From: an uncultured Anaerolineales bacterium
Lineage (GTDB): Bacteria; Chloroflexota; Anaerolineae; Epilineales; JAANWY01
DNA: 64,000 bases
Direction of reading: 5' to 3'
NCBI GenBank assembly: GCA_964532665.1
Contig: CAZHMV010000007.1
Span: forward strand, 12,132 to 76,131
Shown: piece by piece, positions 46,187 to 55,076 of the stretch
How the letters are laid out: each line of letters opens with the position of its first letter
Numbering within the stretch: position 1 is the stretch's first letter
The notes under the pieces: generated by a model
Seen by the model: only the letters and a program-made list of their open reading frames with translations
The model's database searches: none
Told to the model about the DNA's origin: nothing
Translations under genes and position numbers: made by a program

Positions 46187-48838
46187 TCAGCTTAAGTCGC
46201 CTTCACCATGCCAGAACTCGTTAACGCGTTCGACCAGTAAGGCGTTTTCCGATGCAGACAGGTCGGGGTCGCGCCGAAAGATCTCCATGGCCTCTGCCCG
46301 GGCCGTCTCCAGGATGTGGACATCGCTGAGTTTGGCTGCTTTCAAATCCGGCAGGCCACTCTGGCGTGTGCCGAAGAACTCGCCAGGGCCGCGCAGTTTG
46401 AGGTCTTCTTCGGCCAGGCGGAAACCGTCCTGGGTGCTCTCCACAACGTCGAGCCGGGCCTGGGCACTCCGCGAGGGTGAGTCGGCCAGCAGCAGGCAGT
46501 AGGATTGGTGCTCACCCCGGCCGACGCGGCCCCGGAACTGGTGAAGTTGGGCCAGCCCAAACCGGTCCGCTCCCTCAATGACCATCACCGTGGCATTGGG
46601 GACGTCGATGCCGACCTCGACGACGGATGTGGATACCAGGATGTCCAGCTCGCCGGCCCGGAACTGTGCCATGACCGCTTCTTTTTCCGCATTTTTCAGC
46701 CGGCCGTGCATCAGGCCCAGCCTCAGGTTCGGGAAGACTTCTTTTTGCAGTCGCTCGTATTCCTCGGTGGCGGCCTTGGCCGCGATCTTGTCCGATGCCT
46801 CGATGAGTGGGCAGATGATGAAAGCTTGCCGGCCCTTTTCGATTTGTGACCGGACGAACTGGTACGCTCGCTCGCGCTCCCGGGGGAGCACCTTGCGTGT
46901 GCGGATGGTTTGCCGGCCTGGTGGCAGCTCGTCAATCACCGAGATGTCCAGGTCGCCGTACACCGTCAGCGCCAGCGTGCGGGGGATTGGCGTGGCGGTC
47001 ATGACCAGCACGTGCGGGGCATAACCCCTCGATACGCCGGCGCCTGCTCGGGACAGGCCCTTCTGCCGCAACGCAGCCCGCTGGCCAACTCCGAATCGAT
47101 GCTGCTCGTCGATGACGACGAAGGCCAGGTCCTTGAATTCCACACCCTCCTGGATCAGAGCGTGGGTCCCGATGACAATGTCAACCTCGCCGGACGCAAT
47201 TTCGTCATAGATGGCGTCCTTTTCCGATTTCGTCAGGCTACCTGTCAGTAGCCGGACTGTGAATCGGGAGTTGCGAATTGCGAATTGCGAAGGGCGTTTG
47301 TCAGTCGTCGTTTGTTGTTCGTCGGCGAGGGAAGCGAGCAGGTTCGTCACATTGCGATAGTGCTGCTCGGCCAGAATCTCCGTGGGTGCCATCATCGCTG
47401 CCTGAGCGCGGTTGGCTACGGTCATGAGCATGGCGACGACGGCCACGACCGTTTTGCCGGATCCGACGTCACCTTGCAGGAGCCGGCTCATGGGGCGCTT
47501 GCGTGTCAGGTCCCGCAGGATGTCGTTCAACACGCGGCCCTGGGCTCGGGTCAGCTTGAACGGAAGCGTCTCCAGAATGGATTGCAGCATGTCGCGCGGG
47601 ATGTCCATCGGCCGGCCGGTTTCTTGCTGCCAGATACGCCGCTGCCGGAGCACGCCAAGCTGGATGAGCAAGAATTCGTCGAAGCTGAGCCGGCGTCGTG
47701 CCTCCTTTAAGGTGTCCCAGTTGTCAGGGAAGTGGATCTGGTACATCGCTTCGTCGATGGGAAGCAGGTTTTCTCGCTGTCGGACGTGCTCGGGGAGGTA
47801 CTCCTGGAGGGCGCCGGCCCATCCATCGACAACGCGGCTCATGAGGCGGCGCATCCAGCGCGCGCTGATGCCTTTGGTCAACGGGTATACGGGCACCAGC
47901 CGGGCGGTGTGTACCAGCTTCTGTTCCAGCGGCTCCCATTCGGGTGCCTGGAAGGTCAGCCGGCCCAGGTACTTCTCGACTCGCCCGCTCAGGACGATCT
48001 TGCGGCCGGGCCGCAGTTGCCGGACAAGGTACGGTTGATTGAACCAGGTGGCCTCGATGGTCCCGGTTGCGTCGGAGAAAATCGCGGTGGTGATGCTCTG
48101 TCCGCTCCGCGTGCGGCGGTTGTTGCATTCCCAGACGGTGCCGACAATCGTCACTTCCTCGCCATATTCGAGTTGGTTTATGGTCTTGAGTGCGCTGAAG
48201 TCGTCGTAGCGCCGGGGGAAGAGGTATAACAGGTCTTCCACGGTTCGCACGCCCAGCCGGCCCAGTCGCCGACGATAGGTGTCGCTGATTCCTTGCAGGT
48301 TTTCCACAGGCGTGTTGAGGTCCAGATCGGCTCGCGGTTGCCGGCGCCGCCCGCGCGGGGTGCTCCGTGCTCTGTCCTGAGCTTGTTGCAGAGCTTGCTG
48401 AGGATCAGTCTGATCGACCTGCTCTTGAACCTGCGCGGGCGGAGGAGGTGTCGGCTGCTGCGGTTGGGCGCGTGGTGGCCCCGTCCTCCTCGCCTGACGA
48501 TCTCTGGCTTTTGCATCTGTCTGGCGCGGAGCGCCGTCTGAAGAGTCCGAACTCTCCTCAGCAATCTGCAACTGCAGTACGCTGAGGTTGTGCAGTTGTT
48601 TCAAAGCTTCTCGCACGGTCGATTCGCGGCTCTCAATGTCCTTGTGCTCGTAGCCGCGCAGCAGCTCGCTGATGATGCGCACCTGACGTTGGGCGCGATC
48701 GTCGTCGATAGTCTCCAGGGCTTCCTGTTCCCAGCGGGCCACGAAGCGCCTGAGCCCACCGATCACGGCTCGATCTCGAAACCCCGTGTCTCGCTCCAGG
48801 TCCAGGACCTTGTTGAGTTTTTCTAATGCCGGCAACAT
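46187..48838 (-). CDS. recG: ATP-dependent DNA helicase RecG (long N-terminal extension)
   Basis: 883 aa; wedge domain, 'LLQGDVGSGKTVVA' Walker A, 'VIDEQHRFGV' DEQH box, 'TATPIPRTL', C-terminal TRG motif region. Contains an in-frame heptamer-repeat insertion (see repeat 47263-47330). Confidence 0.9.
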   Translation of the reverse strand: MLPALEKLNKVLDLERDTGFRDRAVIGGLRRFVARWEQEALETIDDDRAQRQVRIISELLRGYEHKDIESRESTVREALKQLHNLSVLQLQIAEESSDSSDGAPRQTDAKARDRQARRTGPPRAQPQQPTPPPPAQVQEQVDQTDPQQALQQAQDRARSTPRGRRRQPRADLDLNTPVENLQGISDTYRRRLGRLGVRTVEDLLYLFPRRYDDFSALKTINQLEYGEEVTIVGTVWECNNRRTRSGQSITTAIFSDATGTIEATWFNQPYLVRQLRPGRKIVLSGRVEKYLGRLTFQAPEWEPLEQKLVHTARLVPVYPLTKGISARWMRRLMSRVVDGWAGALQEYLPEHVRQRENLLPIDEAMYQIHFPDNWDTLKEARRRLSFDEFLLIQLGVLRQRRIWQQETGRPMDIPRDMLQSILETLPFKLTRAQGRVLNDILRDLTRKRPMSRLLQGDVGSGKTVVAVVAMLMTVANRAQAAMMAPTEILAEQHYRNVTNLLASLADEQQTTTDKRPSQFAIRNSRFTVRLLTGSLTKSEKDAIYDEIASGEVDIVIGTHALIQEGVEFKDLAFVVIDEQHRFGVGQRAALRQKGLSRAGAGVSRGYAPHVLVMTATPIPRTLALTVYGDLDISVIDELPPGRQTIRTRKVLPRERERAYQFVRSQIEKGRQAFIICPLIEASDKIAAKAATEEYERLQKEVFPNLRLGLMHGRLKNAEKEAVMAQFRAGELDILVSTSVVEVGIDVPNATVMVIEGADRFGLAQLHQFRGRVGRGEHQSYCLLLADSPSRSAQARLDVVESTQDGFRLAEEDLKLRGPGEFFGTRQSGLPDLKAAKLSDVHILETARAEAMEIFRRDPDLSASENALLVERVNEFWHGEGDLS
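47263..47330. repeat. Tandem heptamers TTGCGAA x3 followed by TCGTCGTTTGTTGTTCGTCG, lying in frame inside recG
   Basis: gttgcgaattgcgaattgcgaagggcgtttgtcagtcgtcgtttgttgttcgtcgg read directly; encodes ...DEQQTTTDKRPSQFAIRNSRF... between helicase motifs I and II, where E. coli RecG has a shorter loop (from memory). Confidence 0.5.
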
Positions 48839-48863
48839 GCCGATCCCCTCATGGTGTTACACG

Positions 48864-49709
48864 TTATTGGTCTGTGCCCACAACGCACGCAATTCCAACG
48901 GCGCCCGGGCCGGCGTGGGTGCCGACTACCGGGCCGGCTTCCGTGATGAGAATGCGTTCGATGGGATGTAGTGCTCCCAGCCGCTCCCGGACCTGAGCGG
49001 CCAACTCAGGTGCGGCGGCGTGAATGACGGCCACTTCTTCCAGCGGTAGCCGGTCGCCGGCGATCTGGATCAGTCGGTCTACCGCCCGGCGCATGGTACG
49101 GGCATTTTCCAGCGGCACAAGCTCGCTGTTCTGGAAGGCGACCAGCGGTTTCACGCGCAATAGGGCCCCCATCATGGCGGCCGCCCGCCCGATGCGCCCG
49201 CCCCGGCGCGCGTATTCCAGGGTATCGAGCACGGCCCACAGCCGCAATCTTGGTATCGTCCGCTCGATGAGGTCAAGGATCTCTTCCAAAGCGCGGCCGG
49301 CCCGGGCTGCTCTCGCGGCCAGAATGGTCAACCACCCCTCCGCCATGGCAATCTGCGTCGAGTCTACCACAGTGATCTCGGCGTTGTCGATCACGGCAGC
49401 AGCCGCGCGTGCCGCGTCCAGGGTTCCGCTGACGGTGTCCGGGATGTGGATCGAGATGATCTGATCAGTCTCCCGGGCCAGTCGCCGGTAGACCATCTCA
49501 AAATCGCCCACGGGCGGCTGCGACGTGGTGGGAAGTTCGTCGCTTCCCACCAGTCGGCGATAGAACTCGGCGTCGGACACGTCAACCTTGTCCCGATATG
49601 TCTTCCCGCCGATGACGACAACCGCCGGCACCACCTCGATCTCCAGCTCTCGGCAGATGTCGGGCGGAATGTCGGATATGCTGTCTGTGACGATGCGAAC
49701 CTGGCTCAT
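48864..49709 (-). CDS. DegV family fatty-acid-binding protein
   Basis: 'VRIVTDSISDIP', 'GTHAGPGAVGIA' DegV hallmarks. Confidence 0.85.
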   Translation of the reverse strand: MSQVRIVTDSISDIPPDICRELEIEVVPAVVVIGGKTYRDKVDVSDAEFYRRLVGSDELPTTSQPPVGDFEMVYRRLARETDQIISIHIPDTVSGTLDAARAAAAVIDNAEITVVDSTQIAMAEGWLTILAARAARAGRALEEILDLIERTIPRLRLWAVLDTLEYARRGGRIGRAAAMMGALLRVKPLVAFQNSELVPLENARTMRRAVDRLIQIAGDRLPLEEVAVIHAAAPELAAQVRERLGALHPIERILITEAGPVVGTHAGPGAVGIACVVGTDQ

Positions 49710-49715
49710 GGTCGG

Positions 49716-49792
49716 TGAACAGTGATCAGTGATCAGTGACCAGTGATCAGTAACCAGTAATCAGGATCTGGTCACTGATCACTGGTCACTCG
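49716..49792. repeat. Family C heptamer palindrome: (CAGTGAT/CAGTGAC/CAGTAAC)x6 then (TCACTGA/TCACTGG/TCACTCG)x3, filling the whole yloV-degV gap
   Basis: gaacagtgatcagtgatcagtgaccagtgatcagtaaccagtaatcaggatctggtcactgatcactggtcactcgg read directly. Confidence 0.85.
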
Positions 49793-51501
49793 GCTGATAG
49801 AATGTAATGGTAGTACGGCTGGCCGCCGGAGACAACTTCCACCTCCTGCGCGGGATAGGCCGCTTGAACTCGCTCGCCCAACGTTTCGGCTTGCTCGCGG
49901 GCGATGTCTTCGCCGTAGAAGATGGTAATGATTTCGTACTGGTCGGCGTCCATCTGCTCCAGCATTTCCATGACCATGTCGTCCACATTGTTGTTGGCTG
50001 TCACCAGTTGACCGTTGAGCAGGCCGATGACTTCGCCCTCTTGAACTTCCAACCCACCGATTTGTACCGAACGAACAGCGCGCGTGATTTCGCCGGTCTG
50101 TATGTCGCGTATGGCGCGGGTCATGGCTTCGGTGTTCTCGTCCAGGCCGGCCTGGTAGTTGAGGGCCAGCAGCGCCGCAATTCCCTGGGGTACTGTGTGG
50201 GTGGGAACAACGCGCACCTGACGATCGGCGAGTTCAACTGCCTGTTCAGCCACCATGAGCACGTTCTTGTTGTTGGGCAGCAGGATGACCTGGTCGCTGT
50301 CTACCGAGCTGATGGCTTCCAGCAGTTCCTGGGTGCTCGGATTCATGGTCTGGCCGCCACGGATGATCGCGCTGGCGCCCATACTCTTGAAGACATCTTC
50401 TAAACCGGGGCCAGGTACAACTGCGATGACCGCGATGCCACTCAGTTCTTCGACGGCGACGGTTTCGGGTGCCGGTCTTGCTTGTGGGCCTTCCTCGGCT
50501 TCCTCTGCCAGATCGAGCCCGATGAAGTGTTCGTGTTGCTCCTGCATGTTGTCGATCTTGATCTTGTGAAGCGTTCCGTGCTCGGTGGCGTAGTCCAGTA
50601 CCTGGCCGGGGCGGAAGGTGTGGATGTGAACGCGAATCAGATACTCGTCGCCGACGATGAGGGCGGAGTCGCCCATTTGCAGCAGGTTTTGCTTAATTTG
50701 GTCGTAGTCAAGCTGCTGTCCCTGGAGCACGAATTCGGTGCAGTAGCCGTACTCCATCTCGGTAGCGCCGGCCCGAGGAAGGGCGGCTGTCGGAACGGGT
50801 TCGGTGGGCATAGTGATCTCCAATGGTTCCCCGCGCATGTACCGCAGGGCGCCCTCGAGGATGATCTGGAGCCCCAGGCCACCCGCATCGACGACGCCGG
50901 CTTCGTGCAGTATCTTCAACAAGCTGGGGGTTTTCTCGACGGCCTTATCGGCCGCTTCAACGACATGTTCTAGCATGAGCAGGAGATCATCCGTTTTGCG
51001 GACGGTGGCTTCCGCTTCATCTGCCACTTCCCGGATGACGGTGAGGATGGTGCCCTCGACGGCGTTGGTGACAGCTTTATAGGCTGTGTTGCTGCCTTCT
51101 CGGAGCGCCCTGGTGAATCCGTCAACGTTGAAGGCCTCCGTGTCTGCCAGCGCCCGGCCAAAGCCACGCAGAATCTGAGACAGGATCACCCCCGAATTGC
51201 CACGCGCGCCCATGAGCGCGCCCTGGGAGATACCGCGTGCAATCTCGCCGGCGTGGTGCGACGGGTTCGCGGCAATCTCGGCCATGGCTGCCTCCATGGT
51301 CAGGAGCATGTTGGTTCCGGTGTCCCCATCGGGCACCGGGAAGACGTTGAGGGCATTGACGCGGGCAGCGTTCTTCTCCAGCCATGCGGTGCCGGCAGCG
51401 ATCAGTCGTTTCAGTTCTTGACCGTCACATGTGTGCCGGCTGATGCCTGGTCTGGTCGATGTCTGCCTGTCGGCCGTCCGCCGGTCAACTGCCTCCGCCA
51501 T
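49786..51501 (-). CDS. yloV: DAK2-domain fusion protein YloV (dihydroxyacetone-kinase-like)
   Basis: 571 aa; 'DGDTGTNMLLTM', DAK2 helical bundle then DegV-like C-terminal domain. Confidence 0.85.
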   Translation of the reverse strand: MAEAVDRRTADRQTSTRPGISRHTCDGQELKRLIAAGTAWLEKNAARVNALNVFPVPDGDTGTNMLLTMEAAMAEIAANPSHHAGEIARGISQGALMGARGNSGVILSQILRGFGRALADTEAFNVDGFTRALREGSNTAYKAVTNAVEGTILTVIREVADEAEATVRKTDDLLLMLEHVVEAADKAVEKTPSLLKILHEAGVVDAGGLGLQIILEGALRYMRGEPLEITMPTEPVPTAALPRAGATEMEYGYCTEFVLQGQQLDYDQIKQNLLQMGDSALIVGDEYLIRVHIHTFRPGQVLDYATEHGTLHKIKIDNMQEQHEHFIGLDLAEEAEEGPQARPAPETVAVEELSGIAVIAVVPGPGLEDVFKSMGASAIIRGGQTMNPSTQELLEAISSVDSDQVILLPNNKNVLMVAEQAVELADRQVRVVPTHTVPQGIAALLALNYQAGLDENTEAMTRAIRDIQTGEITRAVRSVQIGGLEVQEGEVIGLLNGQLVTANNNVDDMVMEMLEQMDADQYEIITIFYGEDIAREQAETLGERVQAAYPAQEVEVVSGGQPYYHYILSAE

Positions 51502-51542
51502 GCTGCGCTCCGTTCATTGTTTAACATCTCTTTCAGCTCGCA

Positions 51543-51893
51543 CTAACTCACCCGCAATCCCTGAACATGGACATTGACGCTCGCGACGGGGATGCCCAGG
51601 GCATGTTCGACAGCGTATTTTACATTGTGCATGATGTTTTGGGCAACTTCGGAAATGCGGGTGCCGTATTCCAGAACGACATACAGGTCGATAACAATCT
51701 CGTCATTGACCAGCCGGGCCTGGACACCGCGCCGGTAGTTCTCGCGCCCCAGGATTTCGGCCAGGCCATGGCGCAGGCTCGGCGACGACATGCCGACGAC
51801 GCCATAACAGGTCAGCACGGCCTGGCTGGCCAGGGCCGCGACGGCCGCCGGCGAGATTTCGATTTTACCCAGTTGGGTGTGTTCACCTGGCAT
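51543..51893 (-). CDS. yloU: Asp23/Gls24 family protein (YloU-like)
   Basis: 116 aa; 'GKIEISPAAVAALASQAVLTCYGVVGM...IDLYVVLEYGTRISEVAQNI'. Confidence 0.8.
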   Translation of the reverse strand: MPGEHTQLGKIEISPAAVAALASQAVLTCYGVVGMSSPSLRHGLAEILGRENYRRGVQARLVNDEIVIDLYVVLEYGTRISEVAQNIMHNVKYAVEHALGIPVASVNVHVQGLRVS

Positions 51894-51972
51894 GTTTTTC
51901 CCTCTCGCGCAGGTTTGTCAAAACGACGCGCCTGTGGTAATATTATCCCCCGTGTAAAGGGGGTGAAATTGT

Positions 51973-52176
51973 ATGGCTAAATGCGAAGTTTGTGGTAAGG
52001 GCCCACAGTTTGGGCACAACGTCAGCCACTCCATGCGGCACACCAAGCGGCAGTTCAAGCCGAACATTCAAAAGAAGACCGTCTATGTTGAAGGTCAGAA
52101 GCGCCGCATTCATATCTGCATGAAGTGTTTGAAGAATCTGGACTATCGGATTGCAACGGGTGATGTGCGGCTCTGA
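51973..52176 (+). CDS. rpmB: 50S ribosomal protein L28 (Zn-ribbon variant)
   Basis: 67 aa 'MAKCEVCGKGPQFGHNVSHSMRHTKRQFKPNIQK...CMKCLKN'; divergent from yloU-yloV as in Bacillus-type rpmB synteny. Confidence 0.75.
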   Translation: MAKCEVCGKGPQFGHNVSHSMRHTKRQFKPNIQKKTVYVEGQKRRIHICMKCLKNLDYRIATGDVRL

Positions 52177-52196
52177 GAGCAGCACATCTCCGTTTT

Positions 52197-53339
52197 CTAC
52201 TCCTTCCCAATCGTCTGTCCTACAAGCCCCTCGTCCACCCGGGTACGCAACTGCCCACAGCCGGCCTGCACATCAATTCCGCGTCGAACGCGCAGCGTGG
52301 TCGGGATGCCGTGCTGTTCCAGAATGTCCTGAAACGCCACACAGCGGTCGTAGGATGACGGACGCATGTCGGAGCCGGGCGTCGGGTTGAGCGGGATCAG
52401 GTTGACGTGACATAACATGCCCTGGATCAGGCCGGCCAGCGCAGCGGCGTGCTCTGGAAAGTCATTCACGCCGTCGATCATTACGTACTCGAAGGTGATG
52501 CGCCGACCGGTGTGTGCCAGATACTCGCGGCAGGCATCCAGCACCTCGCCCAGCGGGTGTTGCACGTTGATAGGCACCAGTTGGTTGCGCAGTTCGTCGT
52601 TGGGGGCGTGCAGCGAGACTGCCAGTCGCACCTGGAGGCCAGCCCGCGCCAGCTTGCGGATACCCGGCACCAGACCGACGGTTGAGATTGTCATCCGCCG
52701 CGCTCCCAGGTTGAACCCATCGGCGTCGTTCAGCGTTTGGACGGCTTGCCAGGTGGCTGGCCAGTTCGCCAGGGGTTCGCCCATCCCCATGAACACCAGG
52801 TTGGTAAGCCGCTTACCCTGCCCGCGCAACTCCCGTGCCAGGTAGACCGCCTGCTCAATGATTTCGCCGGCTGTCATCTGGCGCATCAGACCCATCTGCC
52901 CAGTTGCGCAGAAGATACAGCCCATAGCACAGCCGACCTGGGTGGAAATGCAGGCGGTGTGGCGTCCCCGGTTGCGACCATTGGTCTCATCCAGCGGCTC
53001 GCCGGCGGTTTCACTGCGGTAGTCGGGGTCGCCGGGTTGGTAGTGCATCAGGACAGCCTCGACGCGCTCGCCGTCCGCCAGTTGGAACAGGGTCTTGCGG
53101 GCCGGCGTCGTCTGCGAATGCATCTCGGCGACCGGCGCGACGGTGTGGATGGCCGCAACCTCCTCCAGTCGCTCCCGCAGTCCTGTGGGCAGGTTTGTCA
53201 TCTCGTCGAAGCCGGCCGCCAGGTGGTGGTACAGCCAGTCCCAAATCTGGTCAGCCCGGTAGCGTGGCTCACCGAGTTCTCGAACGAAATCTTCAAGCTC
53301 TGCATGGGTGAGATCGAAGAGATGGGCTTTGGTAGGCAT
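52197..53339 (-). CDS. rlmN: 23S rRNA (adenine2503-C2)-methyltransferase, radical SAM
   Basis: 'CISTQVGCAMGCIFCATG' CxxxCxxC, 'GEPLAN', C-terminal Cys. Start set at MPTKAHLFDL...; the track's 5' extension to 53453 is encoded by the Family A repeat. Confidence 0.9.
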   Translation of the reverse strand: MPTKAHLFDLTHAELEDFVRELGEPRYRADQIWDWLYHHLAAGFDEMTNLPTGLRERLEEVAAIHTVAPVAEMHSQTTPARKTLFQLADGERVEAVLMHYQPGDPDYRSETAGEPLDETNGRNRGRHTACISTQVGCAMGCIFCATGQMGLMRQMTAGEIIEQAVYLARELRGQGKRLTNLVFMGMGEPLANWPATWQAVQTLNDADGFNLGARRMTISTVGLVPGIRKLARAGLQVRLAVSLHAPNDELRNQLVPINVQHPLGEVLDACREYLAHTGRRITFEYVMIDGVNDFPEHAAALAGLIQGMLCHVNLIPLNPTPGSDMRPSSYDRCVAFQDILEQHGIPTTLRVRRGIDVQAGCGQLRTRVDEGLVGQTIGKE

Positions 53340-53393
53340 CGATTCTGTCGGGTCGGGAGTTGATCTTCGCCGGACGCGAAGCGACTTCGGCAG

Positions 53394-53470
53394 GCGTGAA
53401 ACGTAAAACGTGAAACGTGAGGATGGGTCAATGAAGAAACTATCACGTTTCACGCTTCACGTTTCACGCC
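53394..53470. repeat. Family A heptamer palindrome (GCGTGAA ACGTAAA ACGTGAA ACGTGAG - spacer - TCACGTT TCACGCT TCACGTT TCACGCC)
   Basis: Read directly between the Zn-peptidase gene and rlmN. Confidence 0.85.
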
Positions 53471-53499
53471 GTTGGGCCGGCGCATCCAACGTTGCCGGC

Positions 53500-54192
53500 C
53501 TAGCTTCGCCGGCGCCCGCCGGAAAGCAGCAGTACCAGATACAGCAGTTGCATGACGGCCTGAGCCAGTGCAGCCACGTAGGTCAGCGCTGCGGCCCGGA
53601 GAACGCTTTTCGCTCCTTTCAGATCGTGCTGACTCAACAGGTTGGTTTGCCTGAGCATGGTCAGAGCCCGGCTGCTGGCGTTGAGCTCCACCGGAAGTGT
53701 CACCAGCGTGAATAGCACGGCTGCCGAGAATAGGGCAACGCCCAGCCAGGCCAGACCGCTCAGCCTGAAAACCAGGCCGCCGAAGGCCAGCCAGATACCC
53801 AGGGTCGAGCCCAGGTTCGCAGCCGGCACCAGGGTCGAGCGGAATCGCATCATGGCATATCCTTGCTTATCCTGAACCGCGTGACCCACCTCGTGGGCCA
53901 CGATGGCCATGGACGCGATTGAACGCCCATTCGCTACGTCCGGGCTCAGCCGCAGAACCTTGCCCTTGGGGTCATAGTGATCTGACAGATTCCCCGGCAC
54001 CCCTTCGATGTCAATGCCGTACAGGCCATTCGCGTTGAGAAGTTCCTGGGCTGCCTGGTAGCCGCTGATCCCGCGTTCATTCGGGACCCGTGAGTACTTC
54101 TGATATGCAGTACGGACCTGCCACTGGGCATATATGGCCAACAGAAGGGCCGGCATGGTTAATATGAGATATAGTGGGTCAAACCAAAACAT
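53500..54192 (-). CDS. Membrane-associated zinc metallopeptidase (YugP / Zn_peptidase_2 family)
   Basis: 230 aa; 'IVAHEVGHAVQD' HExxH, flanking TM helices. Confidence 0.75.
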   Translation of the reverse strand: MFWFDPLYLILTMPALLLAIYAQWQVRTAYQKYSRVPNERGISGYQAAQELLNANGLYGIDIEGVPGNLSDHYDPKGKVLRLSPDVANGRSIASMAIVAHEVGHAVQDKQGYAMMRFRSTLVPAANLGSTLGIWLAFGGLVFRLSGLAWLGVALFSAAVLFTLVTLPVELNASSRALTMLRQTNLLSQHDLKGAKSVLRAAALTYVAALAQAVMQLLYLVLLLSGGRRRS

Positions 54193-54284
54193 GTCATTCC
54201 TCCACTTTCTTCCTTACGCAATCGGATACAATCTTACCATAGATGCAGGCTAACAGCAAGTGTTTTGTCAATTGGTGTGTCTTC

Positions 54285-55076
54285 CTATCGCCAGGCTGCC
54301 AGGAGTTGCTCCAGATTGTCGAAGACCACGTCTGGTTGGACTTCGGCGTGGGGCAGGTCGTCCCGAGACGTCGCGCCTGTGAGGATCAGGATGGTCCGCA
54401 GGCCGGTCCTGGCCCCGCCCACAATGTCTGTCTCCAGCCGGTCGCCCAGCATCGCGGTCTCACCTGCAGCGGTGTTCAGCTTCTCCAGGGCCATGGCGAA
54501 GACACCTGACTGTGGCTTACCGATGATCTGAGGTGCTGTGTCCGTTGCCGCCTCGATAGCGGCCAGAATGGAGCCGGTACCGGGTTCCAGACCTCGTTCG
54601 GTGGGCAACGTGCGATCAGGATTGGTGCCGATGAAGGTAGCGCCGGCCCGGATGGCCTGCGTGGCGGTACTGAGCTTCTGGTACGTGATGTCTGTATCCA
54701 GGCCGGTCACCACGTACTCGGGAGATGTGTCGGTCAGCACGAAACCCTGTTCGCGCAGCGCCTCCGCCAGTCCCCCCATGCCGATCATGTATACCGGCGT
54801 TCCCGGCTCGGACTCACCGGCCAGGTACAACGCCGTGGCTACCGCCGACGTCATGATCCGCTCAGGTGGCACCTCAATGCCCATGCGGGCGAGTTTCTCG
54901 GCGTACTGCGCCACTGTCAGCGTTGAGTTGTTTGTAAGTAATACGTATGGCACATTGTCGCGTTGCAAAGCCTGCAAGAAAGCCCGCGCCCCCGGCAGAC
55001 GCGCCTCCCCTCGATACAGCACCCCGTCCATGTCGATGATGAATGCCTTGACTTTCTCTCTCAGGTCAGCGTTCAT
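54285..55076 (-). CDS. HAD-IIA family sugar-phosphatase (NagD-like)
   Basis: 'FIIDMDGVLY' motif I, 'LLTNNS' motif II, 'MLGDRLETDIVGG' motif IV. Confidence 0.8.
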   Translation of the reverse strand: MNADLREKVKAFIIDMDGVLYRGEARLPGARAFLQALQRDNVPYVLLTNNSTLTVAQYAEKLARMGIEVPPERIMTSAVATALYLAGESEPGTPVYMIGMGGLAEALREQGFVLTDTSPEYVVTGLDTDITYQKLSTATQAIRAGATFIGTNPDRTLPTERGLEPGTGSILAAIEAATDTAPQIIGKPQSGVFAMALEKLNTAAGETAMLGDRLETDIVGGARTGLRTILILTGATSRDDLPHAEVQPDVVFDNLEQLLAAWR

